NCBI GenBank assembly: GCA_963822445.1
Contig: CAWGHO010000003.1
Location: forward strand, 704,001-768,000
Direction: 5' to 3'
From: an uncultured Acidobacteriota bacterium
GTDB lineage: Bacteria; Acidobacteriota; Thermoanaerobaculia; Gp7-AA8
Length of the DNA: 64,000 bases
In this document: positions 27,283-36,544 of the stretch, piece after piece
How the letters are laid out: the number at the start of each line of letters is the position of its first letter
Position numbering within the stretch: position 1 is the stretch's first letter
Program-made: the position numbers and the translations under genes
The notes under the pieces: model-generated
What the model was told of the DNA's origin: nothing
Database searches by the model: none
What the model saw: only the letters and a program-made list of their open reading frames with translations

Positions 27283-30021
27283 TCACAGCCCGAATCTCAC
27301 TCCCAGCTGCAAGGTCGAGAAGGTGATGTTCCCGCCGGTGGCGTTCATGGTGTGCACGTTCCAAAGCCCCTCCACGCCCCAGCGCGGCGAGATGTCGTAA
27401 AGCAGGCCGGCGCCGGCGTTTCCCCCGGCGAGGATCTTGGTCCCCAGGTAATCCAGGCGATACACCCCCGCCGAGGCGCCGAGGAACGGGTGCACCTTCC
27501 CCGATCCGAACCACCGTTTGCCGCCGATCGTGAACTGCACGAGCTTCGGATCGGTAGAGCTGCTCCGCTGGAACGTGTGGATTCCTGCGATGAGCTCGGC
27601 CGACCAGTTCTGCGAGAACCGCCGTTCGATTCCGGCGTTCGCGCTCAACACGCCATCCGAGCTGCTCAGGCCGTCGTGGAGGGCGTTGGGGCCGACATCC
27701 AGGAACAGGCGCCATTTGCCCGCGACCGACCCACCGCCCGAAGAACCATCGATCGGAATGCCGTCGACGACGACGTCGACATCCGGCGTGGTTCCCACGG
27801 GCAGATCACTCACCGTGTAGACGTACGTTCCGGTCTGATCGCGATCGATCGGCGTGCTGCTGATCGTCCCCGGGCCGGTGAGTGTCGCCCGAACCTTCGA
27901 CGCGTATCCGGGCCCGACGTAGTTGCCGAACCGGTCGCGCGGCGTCACCGCGACCAGCGCGGTCCCATCATCGCCCGCGCGACTGATGCTGATCGTCGTC
28001 GCGATCGGATCCGGCTGTACTTTCAGATGCCGCTCCAGCCGCTCCGTGCGTCGCACGTGACCGGTGCGCGGATCGTCCCAGTCGAGCAGCACTTCGAATA
28101 CGTACAGACCGGGCACCGTCGTGCCGCTGAACGTGCCGGTGTAGAGACCGTCGCCGTTGCCCGAATCGCTCAGGGTGATGGTCTCGACGTCGCGCGGCCT
28201 GATGCGCGCGAGCAGCGCCGTGTCGGTGATGCGGTCGACTTTCCGCTGATACGGCGTGGCGGTGTCGCCGCTGGGAGTCGTGGTCGTGCCGGTGTTCGAG
28301 TCGGTGGAGGGTGTGTCGTGGAGAATCGTGCCGAGGCCTTCCGCGGGGCGCTGAATGCGGACGCGGATCGCATCGCTGGGGAGCTTCGCCAGCGGCCGGC
28401 CGGCGAACGAAACGTTGACCTGAATCGGGAGCGTGTCGCCGGTCGCCGGCGAGAGCTCTTCGAGACGCACGCGGTACTCGAGGTCCTTCTCGACCAGGAA
28501 CGCGTTGAGCGTGTAGGGAATGGGCCGGTTCGCATCGGACTGCGCGCGCTTCACCCGCACGCTCCAGTCGCCGGCTGCTTCCGGCCGGATGTCGAATCGC
28601 TGAATGACTGCCTGGCCCGTCCGCGAGATCGAGGTCGGAGTCATGACCGTGCCGTCGCCGCCGAGGACTTCGAGATCGAGCACGCGTTCCAGAGGTGGCG
28701 CCCATTGCAGCGAGACGACCACGCGCGGAACGGAGCGGTCGACGATCAGCGGCTGCGGCGCGCTCGGACCGGCACCGGTGAGGGTGTCGCTCCGGCGCAA
28801 TGCCGAGGAGATGGTGTTGCCTTTGAGGATGTTCACCAGCGTCTGGCCGAACGCGTCGAAGAGCGTCTCGGCGTTGATGGCGATGAAGGACAGTCCGTTG
28901 GTCTGCAGCGAGATCCGCTCCAGCAGTTCCTGATCGACACCGGCCGGAAGTCCGAAGCCGACCGTTTGAATCGGCGTGAAGCGCTTGCGCAGCTCCGACT
29001 GCAGGCCGGCGATCGGCTCGAGCGTGAGGATGTCGTCGGCGATGGTGTTGATCAGCGGCGCCGTGTTCTGCTTGCCGTCGGTGACCACGACCACGACCAG
29101 ATCGTTGTCCGGATCGTCCAGCCATTCCCGCATGGCCTCGTTGATGCCGCCGCCGATCGACGTCGAGCCGGTCGGCGTCAGCGTGTCGATGTGCGCGCTG
29201 ACCGCCGTCCATTGATGACCGGAGCCCGGCTCGTTCGCGCCGCGCTGCACGAAGAAGTTGTCCGGCGCATCGGCGCCCGGGATCGACTGCACGGCGGCGG
29301 TGGAGTTGAAGAAGACCACGCCGATGCGATCGCCGCTCAGATCGATCTGGCTCTCTTCGAGCGGAGCATCGATCTGCTGCCACTGGGCGATGAACGCGGC
29401 CAGCGCCGACTTCAGGATGGCCGCCTTCGACGCGCCGGAGGCGATGCCCGGCGGCAGCTCGTTCATGCTGCCCGACCGGTCGAGGACCAGCACGACGTCG
29501 AGGAAGTGTCGCGACCGGAAGATCGCGCTCAACTCGGGGGCGACGGCGTCGGCGATTCCGAGGATCGTCGCCGGGAAATCGCCGACGCGCTTGAAGACTT
29601 TCGAGCATTCCACCTCCGAGCCGACGGAGTAGGAGGACATGCGGTACTCGACCACATCCTGCGGTCCCGAAAACCGCATCATCACCTGGGTCACCCCCGC
29701 GTTCGGGCTCAGGCAGAAGTTGCCCGGATTGAATTTCGACAGCGGCTTGTAGGTGATCTTCGCCGAGTTGCCGGCGCCAGCTTCGAAAGTGACCGAGTCG
29801 CCGTTGACGGTGGCGGTCTGGCCGAGATTGATCGTCGTCGTCTCCGCGACGACCAGTTGCGCGCCCGCCGGCGGTGCGTCGAGTGCGAAGGTGATCCGCA
29901 CCTCGCCGATCTGATGGGGCGAGCTCTCGCGGATCGGAATCGTGAGCTCGAAACTCTCGCTCGCTGAGAGGGCGGATGCAAAGCACACCAGGATCACCAG
30001 CGAGACTGCGAATCGTTTCAT
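27283..30021 (-). CDS. secreted VWA-domain protein with C-terminal outer-membrane beta-barrel
   Basis: Signal peptide; MIDAS LDRSGSM, T and TDG; C-terminal amphipathic strands ending LGVRFGL. Confidence 0.8.
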   Translation of the reverse strand: MKRFAVSLVILVCFASALSASESFELTIPIRESSPHQIGEVRITFALDAPPAGAQLVVAETTTINLGQTATVNGDSVTFEAGAGNSAKITYKPLSKFNPGNFCLSPNAGVTQVMMRFSGPQDVVEYRMSSYSVGSEVECSKVFKRVGDFPATILGIADAVAPELSAIFRSRHFLDVVLVLDRSGSMNELPPGIASGASKAAILKSALAAFIAQWQQIDAPLEESQIDLSGDRIGVVFFNSTAAVQSIPGADAPDNFFVQRGANEPGSGHQWTAVSAHIDTLTPTGSTSIGGGINEAMREWLDDPDNDLVVVVVTDGKQNTAPLINTIADDILTLEPIAGLQSELRKRFTPIQTVGFGLPAGVDQELLERISLQTNGLSFIAINAETLFDAFGQTLVNILKGNTISSALRRSDTLTGAGPSAPQPLIVDRSVPRVVVSLQWAPPLERVLDLEVLGGDGTVMTPTSISRTGQAVIQRFDIRPEAAGDWSVRVKRAQSDANRPIPYTLNAFLVEKDLEYRVRLEELSPATGDTLPIQVNVSFAGRPLAKLPSDAIRVRIQRPAEGLGTILHDTPSTDSNTGTTTTPSGDTATPYQRKVDRITDTALLARIRPRDVETITLSDSGNGDGLYTGTFSGTTVPGLYVFEVLLDWDDPRTGHVRRTERLERHLKVQPDPIATTISISRAGDDGTALVAVTPRDRFGNYVGPGYASKVRATLTGPGTISSTPIDRDQTGTYVYTVSDLPVGTTPDVDVVVDGIPIDGSSGGGSVAGKWRLFLDVGPNALHDGLSSSDGVLSANAGIERRFSQNWSAELIAGIHTFQRSSSTDPKLVQFTIGGKRWFGSGKVHPFLGASAGVYRLDYLGTKILAGGNAGAGLLYDISPRWGVEGLWNVHTMNATGGNITFSTLQLGVRFGL

Positions 30022-30057
30022 GTTCCCTCCGATGCCGGAGGATTGAAGCATGGACGG

Positions 30058-32154
30058 CTATTTCGCGTCGATGGCGAGACGCTTTCCCGGCAACAGCAGC
30101 GCAACCAGCGCCGACACGAACAGCACCGCCGGAAAAATCATCAGCCGGTTGTCGCGGGCCAGGCTTCCGCCGGCGATCAGCGCGACCAGGCCGCTGCCGA
30201 TGACGCCTCCCACGTAGCGCATCGTCGACAGCGCGCCCGAGGCCACGCCTGCTTCCGACGCTTCGACGGCGCTCATCGCCGCTGCTTGCGCGGGGCTGGT
30301 GGCCATCCCGATTCCGGCGCCCATCATGATCAGCGACACCAGGAGGTCATTGCTGACGACGAACATCGCCGCGCCCGCTGCCGCGAGGAGCCCGCCCGCC
30401 AGCGACACGACGCGCGCGCCGATCGCATCCGACAATCGTCCGCCGAACGGCGCGACGACGACCATCCCCGCGGTGAACAGCAGCAGCACGCGTCCCGTGT
30501 CGGCGGGATTCTTCGCCAGAAAGAACGGCAGCAGAAAGAGCATCGCGTACATGGCCAGGTTCTGCAGGGCCACGATCGCGCTGCCGGCCGCGAACGCGGG
30601 GCGAGTGAACAGATGGACGTCGAGGACGGGGTCGCTCGCGCGAAGCTCGCGCAGGACAAAGGCGATGAGCGCGACGAGCGCTGCGGACGCGAAAGCGAGG
30701 TTCGTCGTCTCGATCGCTGCGACGAGCAGGAGCACGGCGATGCCGAGAATCGCGCTGCCGGCGAAGTCGAACGACGCGACGCGCTCCGACTTCGGCGAGC
30801 GTCGCGGCCGCTCCAGCAGAAACGAGAGCAGGACGACGGGCACGTTCACGATGAAGACCGAGTGCCAGCCGAAACGCGCCGTCAGAAATCCGCCGAGAAT
30901 CGGACCGACCGCCGCGGCGCCTCCCATGATCGAGCCGAACACGCCGAACACGCGGCCACGCTTGTCCGCGGGAACGCTGTTGCGTAACACCGCGAAAACC
31001 GTGGGGATGGTGAACGCGCCGCCCAGGGCCATCAGCACGCGACCGGCGCCGAGGACTTCGAGGGAAGGGGAGAAGGCCGCGAGTAACGCGCCAAGGCCGA
31101 ACATCGTCCGGCCCAGCGTGAGGACGCGCGACGCGCCCCAGAGATCGGCGAGTTTGCCGGCCGGACTCTGGGCCACGATCGTGACGACGAGGTATCCCGT
31201 GACCAGCCAGCGCGTGACCACCGCCGGGCTGACCGCGAACGAGCCGGCGATCGACGGAAGCGCGACGGCGATGATCGTCGAGTTGAGCGGCGCAAGCAGC
31301 GCCGCGAGGGCCAAGCCCACGAAGCTCGCCGGTGTAGTGTGGGCCTCCGGCCTACCCTCGGGCGGGAGGACCACACCCGTCGTAATCGGCCGCGACTGCA
31401 GCAGATACACCTCATCCCCTTCAAACGCCCACTCCAGATCCTGCGGCCCATCGAAGTACCTCTCGCACTCCCCGGCCAGCCGATGCAGCGCCATGACCTG
31501 CACATCGCTCAACGAAAGCCGCCACACATCGTCCGGCGCGACGGCAGCTTTCACCGTCCCGCCGTCCGCCGCGAACCGCACCATCACGTCCTTGCGCCCG
31601 GCCCTCCGCTCGAGGATCTCGCCGTCCGTGCTGACGCGAATGAAGTCCGGCATGACCAGCCCGGCCACCACGGCTTCGCCAAGTCCCCAGGCGCACTCGA
31701 TCACCCGCTCGTTTGCGGCGGTGATCGGATTCCGCGTGAAGAGCACGCCCGCACAGTCCGCGTTGACCATGGCCATCATCACCATGGCGATGCGTGGCTC
31801 CCCGGCGACGCCCATCTTCCTGCGATAAGCCAGCGCACTCTCCGCGCGCGCCGACTCCCGAATCGTCCGTACCGCCTCGAACAGCATCTCCTCGGAGGTC
31901 ACGTTCAGCACGGTCACGTGCTGCCCCGCGAAGCTCGCGTCGATCGAGTCCTCACCGACTGCCGAGGAACGTAATGCGACCCTTTCGCCGGTTTCGTGAA
32001 ACGCGGCGATGATCGACGCGTCGTCGTTGTGATCCCAGGAAATGGCGACGCCTTTCGGAACGGGCAGCCCCGCGCGGATCGCCCGCGCAAGCGAAGCCGC
32101 TTTCCCTCCGAACCGCTCCTCGGAATCAGCGTCGCTGAGCCGGACGATCGTCAC
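30058..32154 (-). CDS. PEP-synthase/PPDK ATP-grasp domain fused to an MFS (DHA2-like) transporter
   Basis: GGKA, RSSAVGEDS..ASFAGQH, DLEWA, LQSRPIT, then about 13-14 TM segments with GKLADLWG. The GTG start overlaps the upstream stop. Confidence 0.85.
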   Translation of the reverse strand: MTIVRLSDADSEERFGGKAASLARAIRAGLPVPKGVAISWDHNDDASIIAAFHETGERVALRSSAVGEDSIDASFAGQHVTVLNVTSEEMLFEAVRTIRESARAESALAYRRKMGVAGEPRIAMVMMAMVNADCAGVLFTRNPITAANERVIECAWGLGEAVVAGLVMPDFIRVSTDGEILERRAGRKDVMVRFAADGGTVKAAVAPDDVWRLSLSDVQVMALHRLAGECERYFDGPQDLEWAFEGDEVYLLQSRPITTGVVLPPEGRPEAHTTPASFVGLALAALLAPLNSTIIAVALPSIAGSFAVSPAVVTRWLVTGYLVVTIVAQSPAGKLADLWGASRVLTLGRTMFGLGALLAAFSPSLEVLGAGRVLMALGGAFTIPTVFAVLRNSVPADKRGRVFGVFGSIMGGAAAVGPILGGFLTARFGWHSVFIVNVPVVLLSFLLERPRRSPKSERVASFDFAGSAILGIAVLLLVAAIETTNLAFASAALVALIAFVLRELRASDPVLDVHLFTRPAFAAGSAIVALQNLAMYAMLFLLPFFLAKNPADTGRVLLLFTAGMVVVAPFGGRLSDAIGARVVSLAGGLLAAAGAAMFVVSNDLLVSLIMMGAGIGMATSPAQAAAMSAVEASEAGVASGALSTMRYVGGVIGSGLVALIAGGSLARDNRLMIFPAVLFVSALVALLLPGKRLAIDAK
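31331..31356. repeat. GTAG-type REP, family B, inside a CDS
   Basis: GGTGTAGTGTGGGCCTCCGGCCTACC, identical to the reverse complement of 57681-57706. Confidence 0.85.
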
Positions 32155-33809
32155 GCCAGAATTTCGACAGTCCCGGCCGCGCCATCGACTCGCACGCGCA
32201 TGCCGTCGCGAATCACCTCGGTGGCGTTGCCCGTGCCGACCACGGCCGGGATGCCGTACTCGCGCGCCACCACCGCGGCATGCGAGAGCGTTCCGCCGCG
32301 ATCGGTGACGATGCCGCTGAGCAGCGGCAGCAGCGCGTTGTACGACGGCGCGGTCGAACGTGTGATCAGCACATCGCCTTTGCGAACGCGGCCCATGTCC
32401 AGCGGATCGAGCACAAGCCGCGCGATTCCCGAGACCTGTCCCGGACTGGCCGCGAAGCCGCTGACCGTCGCCGCCGCCTTTGCCTGTTCGCGGGCGGCGA
32501 ACATCTCGCCCATGACGATGCCGACCGCACGTTCGGCGCGTGCCGCATCGGGCGGGAACCAATCCGCCGGCGGGGGACCGGCAGGGGTGCCGCCGAGGAA
32601 CTTCGGCGCGTCGCGGAAGGTGTGCGTCATCCGGAACTTCGCGTCCGCCGCCGCCTGATCGGCAGTGCGATCCGTGCCGCCGCGCAGCATCGATTTCAGT
32701 TCGTCCGGCGTGAGCTCGACCGCATGCTCGGCATCGTGCAGTTTGCCTTTCGCGGCAAGCCGCCGGCCGGCTTCGAGAATCGCGCGGCGGGCGATTCCGG
32801 CGGACCACATGTCGTTGTAGTACGTCCGCTCGTCGCGGATCCGATAGGTCAGCCGCGCTTCACCGAGCAGCTCATCGAACTGCGCGCGATGCTGCGGCGG
32901 GACTTTCTCGCGAATGGTGGTCTCGCGCTGCGCGACGTCGTTCGCACTCACCACCGACTTGCCGTTCACCGCGGAGCGGATGTTTTCCACGAGCAGCTCC
33001 GGCATCTCGCCGATGGTGACGTCGGCGAAGTCGTAACCGGTGGCGATGCGCACCGAGGCCGCGTCGATGTAGCGGCGGGCCGCGGCGCCGACGGCGTCGG
33101 TGCGGGCGATGAGGGCGTCGATGCTCTCGAACGGCGCACCGCTTTCAACGATCGCAGCCGCCAGCGCATCCAACTCGTCCGTCGCCCCCTGCGAAACACG
33201 GCTCGACCCCCGAAACAGCGGCAACACCTCGGCCGGCGCGAGGCCGGTCCACTCCTTCACGTGCACGAGGAAGTCGCCGAGGGGGAGCATCGCTGTTGCG
33301 TTGAGACTGTGGTGGAGCGTCACCGCGCGGCGCACCGCGTCGAAGCAGCGGTCGAGATGCGCGATCAATTCGTCGTCGCTCAGCGCGGCGAGGTTGACGT
33401 TCTGCAGAGCCGTGTTTTCCCTGGCGATGGCGGGTTTCACCTCCGAATCCCAGCGCTGCACATCCTCGCGCCAGCGTTTCGTCCGCCAGACCTCGGCGAC
33501 GGTCCTGATCCGTTTGCGCATTTCCGGGTGGAGCTTCGTCAGCAGCTTGAAGATCGCTTTCGGCGGCGGACCTTTCGCGCCTTTCGGCGCGCCGACCGGA
33601 CGCGCGCAGATGTAGATGAAGCGGTTGACGACGGCGAACTCGAGATAGTCGAGGAGCATGCCGTAGCGGGCCATGCCTTCGCGGAAGCCGGCCGTTGCCG
33701 CGGGCGGAAGGACCGCGGCCATCGACCGCGACACGGGCCGCATCATGTGCGTGGATTCGACCTCCCAGACACCGGGTCCGGGAGCGGTGAAGTCGCTGGT
33801 TTCGAGCAT
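32151..33809 (-). CDS. PEP-utilising enzyme: substrate domain + phospho-His swivel domain
   Basis: GFAASPG, TDRGGTLSHAAVVAREYGIPAVVG, VDGAAGTV. Confidence 0.9.
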   Translation of the reverse strand: MLETSDFTAPGPGVWEVESTHMMRPVSRSMAAVLPPAATAGFREGMARYGMLLDYLEFAVVNRFIYICARPVGAPKGAKGPPPKAIFKLLTKLHPEMRKRIRTVAEVWRTKRWREDVQRWDSEVKPAIARENTALQNVNLAALSDDELIAHLDRCFDAVRRAVTLHHSLNATAMLPLGDFLVHVKEWTGLAPAEVLPLFRGSSRVSQGATDELDALAAAIVESGAPFESIDALIARTDAVGAAARRYIDAASVRIATGYDFADVTIGEMPELLVENIRSAVNGKSVVSANDVAQRETTIREKVPPQHRAQFDELLGEARLTYRIRDERTYYNDMWSAGIARRAILEAGRRLAAKGKLHDAEHAVELTPDELKSMLRGGTDRTADQAAADAKFRMTHTFRDAPKFLGGTPAGPPPADWFPPDAARAERAVGIVMGEMFAAREQAKAAATVSGFAASPGQVSGIARLVLDPLDMGRVRKGDVLITRSTAPSYNALLPLLSGIVTDRGGTLSHAAVVAREYGIPAVVGTGNATEVIRDGMRVRVDGAAGTVEILA

Positions 33810-33826
33810 GGGCGGGGATGATAGTT

Positions 33827-33895
33827 TAGGAGTGCGGCGGCAGAGCTGCCGCTTTGGGACGTACCAAAGCGGCGGCTACGGCCGCCGCACTCCTA
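33827..33895. repeat. REP doublet (GGAGTGCGGCGG... family)
   Basis: TAGGAGTGCGGCGGC ... GCCGCCGCACTCCTA inverted arms; contains the kinase stop codon. Confidence 0.8.
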
Positions 33896-36515
33896 AACTT
33901 TCGGTCCAGTTCGTGACCAGCGTGATCGGCACCGGCTCCAGCTTTTCCTCGTGGATCGACAGAATGCGCGAGCCATCCCTTGAGAAATCGCCGTTCACCA
34001 GCTCCGGCGGGATCTTTCCGATCACTTCCGGTGCGCTGAACGTATCTCCCGTCACGCGAACGCGCAGGTGGGTCAGATCGTTCGTGACGATGCGCAGCTC
34101 GTTGCTGTCGCGCAGCCAGAGCGCGCCGCCCGCTCCCATGTTGGTGAGCTGCTTCTTCGCGCCGCGTTTCGGAAACGACACCGCATAGATCTCGCGACGT
34201 CCGGTCTCGTCCGACGTGTAAACGACCCAGCGGCCGTCCGGCGAGAATCGACCCCACTGTTCATCGAACTCGGTCTCGATGAACGGGTACGGTTTCCCGC
34301 TTCCATCCATCGGCACGACCCAGATGTCGCCGTTGTCGTCTTCACTCTCGAAGACGCCTGCGAGCACGAACTTGCCGTCGCTCGACCAGTCGGTGGCCAG
34401 GCAATCCCTGTCCTTCAGTTCGAACGCGAGGGTCTCCCGGGTCAGGCCGTCGACCGGCTTGACCATGACCGTGACGCGGCGCTGCCTGCCCGTCGAGAAC
34501 AGCAGCCTGCTCCCGTCCGGCGACCAGACCGGGGAGAACTCTTCCAGCGCGTCGGTGGTGAACCGGGTCGGCGTTCCACGCGCGAGATCGATGATCCAGA
34601 GGTCGGCCGGGTCGCCGACGAGGACCACCGCCTGTTTGTCATCCGGCGACAGTTGAATCTCGTCCTGGACGTCGACGTCGGCGACGTGGCTCAGCTCTTT
34701 CCCGCTGATGTCCATCCATCGCAAAGAACGCTTTCCCTGCGGCGGCCCGGTGAAGTAGACCAGGCTTCCTTCCGCCGAAGCGCCGAACAGCGCGCGGAAG
34801 AAGCCCGGGACGGTGGTTACGTCCTGGGCGATGCGAATGGGCTCACCGGTGAACTTCCGTCGGTCCGGGTCGAACGGCTGGGCGAGCAGGTGGTTCTCAC
34901 GGACGAACAGCACGTGCCCGTTCGCGTAGATGGCGTTCGACCTCGCGCGCAGCAACAGCGTGCGCTCGGGCGAATCGAGCGATCCGATGTAGATCGCGTT
35001 CACGTCGCTGTCCGCGGGAACCTTGTGGCTGCCGGCGAGATAGAGGAAGTGCTTGCCGTCGGGGAGGAACCACGGCCAGCGATGCGTGGTCTCGGCCTGC
35101 GACGCGTCGAGCTTCGTCACGGGGACGCTCTTGCCGCCGTTCGCGGATACGCGATGCAGGGCGTCGCGCCAGTTGGGCTCGAACACGATCGTGCCGTCGG
35201 CGTTCCACGTTCCGCCGCGGCCGCTGCCGCTGTCGGTAATGGTGACGGCCGGTCCGCCGGCGACGTCGATGCGGCGCAGTTTTGCGCCGCCCCAGAAGGC
35301 AATCGACCGGCTGTCCGGCGACCAGAACGGCGAGTGGCCCGTTCCGATCTTCCGGCTCTCGCCGCTCTCGAGATCGCGGAGCCAGAGCTCTTCGGGACCG
35401 GGGAAGGTCGCCGCGGAGTAGGTCACGTACCGGCCGTTGGGAGAGATGGTCAGCGCGGATGCTTCGAAGCCCGCCAGATCGAACGCCGCTCCCGGCTGCG
35501 GAACGAGTGATGACTTGCGCGTCGCTACCGGTTTGGAGCGCTCGCGCCAGAGCGCCCATCCCAGTCCGGCCGCTGCGAGCAGAAGCAACAGCGTCGACGC
35601 CGCGAAAAGCCGCTCGCGATTCTTGCGACGCGCGACCGCCGGCGCAGATACGCCGACCTGCGAGCCCGCTTCGCTGATCCAGCGCAGCTCCTGCGCGACG
35701 TCGTGCGCGTTCTGCCAGCGATCCTCCCGCTCCTTGGCCAGGCAGCGGGCGATGACATGCTCGAGTGCGGGCGGCGTCATCGGCTGGATCTCGCTCACCC
35801 GCGGCGGGTCACCGCCGACGATCGCGCCGATCAGCGAGGTTTTGGTCTTGCCCTGGAACGCCCGGCGGCCGGTGAGCATCTCGTACAGCACCGCGCCGAA
35901 CGCGAAGATGTCCGTGCGGGCGTCGGCGTCTTCACCGGCCAGCTGTTCGGGAGCCATGTACTGAAACGTGCCGACGATCGTGCCCTCGGCAGTAAGAGGC
36001 ATGTGCTCGGTCGGCGTGTCCGGCGTTGCGACCGACGCCGTTGCCGCGCGGGCCAGGCCGAAGTCGAGGAGCTTCGCCCCCGACTTCATGATCATCACGT
36101 TGCCCGGCTTGAGATCGCGATGGACGATGCCGCTGCGATGCGCGCGATCGAGGGCCTCGCCGATCTGGATGCCGTAGCGAAGGACGTCGGCGAGAGGAAG
36201 CGGACCGCGGGCGAGGCGCTGGGCGAGCGACTCGCCCTCGAGCAGCTCCATGACCAGGTAGTCGGTACCGTCCTCGCTGCCGACATCGTGGATCGTGCAG
36301 ATGTTGGGATGGTTGAGTTGCGAGATCGCCCGCGCCTCACGCTCGAAGCGCATGCGGAACTGCGCGTTCTGCGCGAGCGCAGCCGGAAGGATCTTCACCG
36401 CGACGGAGCGATCGAGACGCGTGTCCTTGGCCTGCCACACTTCCCCCATCCCCCCGGCGCCGAGCTGCGAGACGATCTCGTAGGGGCCGAGGCGCGTTCC
36501 CGAACCTACTTGCAT
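33876..36515 (-). CDS. Hanks-type Ser/Thr kinase with TM and TolB-like beta-propeller
   Basis: GAGGMG, VAVK, HRDLKPGN, DFG, APE; SPDG repeats. Confidence 0.95.
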   Translation of the reverse strand: MQVGSGTRLGPYEIVSQLGAGGMGEVWQAKDTRLDRSVAVKILPAALAQNAQFRMRFEREARAISQLNHPNICTIHDVGSEDGTDYLVMELLEGESLAQRLARGPLPLADVLRYGIQIGEALDRAHRSGIVHRDLKPGNVMIMKSGAKLLDFGLARAATASVATPDTPTEHMPLTAEGTIVGTFQYMAPEQLAGEDADARTDIFAFGAVLYEMLTGRRAFQGKTKTSLIGAIVGGDPPRVSEIQPMTPPALEHVIARCLAKEREDRWQNAHDVAQELRWISEAGSQVGVSAPAVARRKNRERLFAASTLLLLLAAAGLGWALWRERSKPVATRKSSLVPQPGAAFDLAGFEASALTISPNGRYVTYSAATFPGPEELWLRDLESGESRKIGTGHSPFWSPDSRSIAFWGGAKLRRIDVAGGPAVTITDSGSGRGGTWNADGTIVFEPNWRDALHRVSANGGKSVPVTKLDASQAETTHRWPWFLPDGKHFLYLAGSHKVPADSDVNAIYIGSLDSPERTLLLRARSNAIYANGHVLFVRENHLLAQPFDPDRRKFTGEPIRIAQDVTTVPGFFRALFGASAEGSLVYFTGPPQGKRSLRWMDISGKELSHVADVDVQDEIQLSPDDKQAVVLVGDPADLWIIDLARGTPTRFTTDALEEFSPVWSPDGSRLLFSTGRQRRVTVMVKPVDGLTRETLAFELKDRDCLATDWSSDGKFVLAGVFESEDDNGDIWVVPMDGSGKPYPFIETEFDEQWGRFSPDGRWVVYTSDETGRREIYAVSFPKRGAKKQLTNMGAGGALWLRDSNELRIVTNDLTHLRVRVTGDTFSAPEVIGKIPPELVNGDFSRDGSRILSIHEEKLEPVPITLVTNWTESLGVRRP

Positions 36516-36544
36516 GCGTGGGCGGTATTGTAGGCGCCCAGCGC

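Noticed and set aside
27352-29967. Long antisense/alternate-frame ORFs (e.g. 871 aa here, 9620-11680, 48455-50515)
   Set aside because: Shadow ORFs expected at high GC, overlapping well-supported genes, with Arg/Ala/Pro-rich composition and no motifs.
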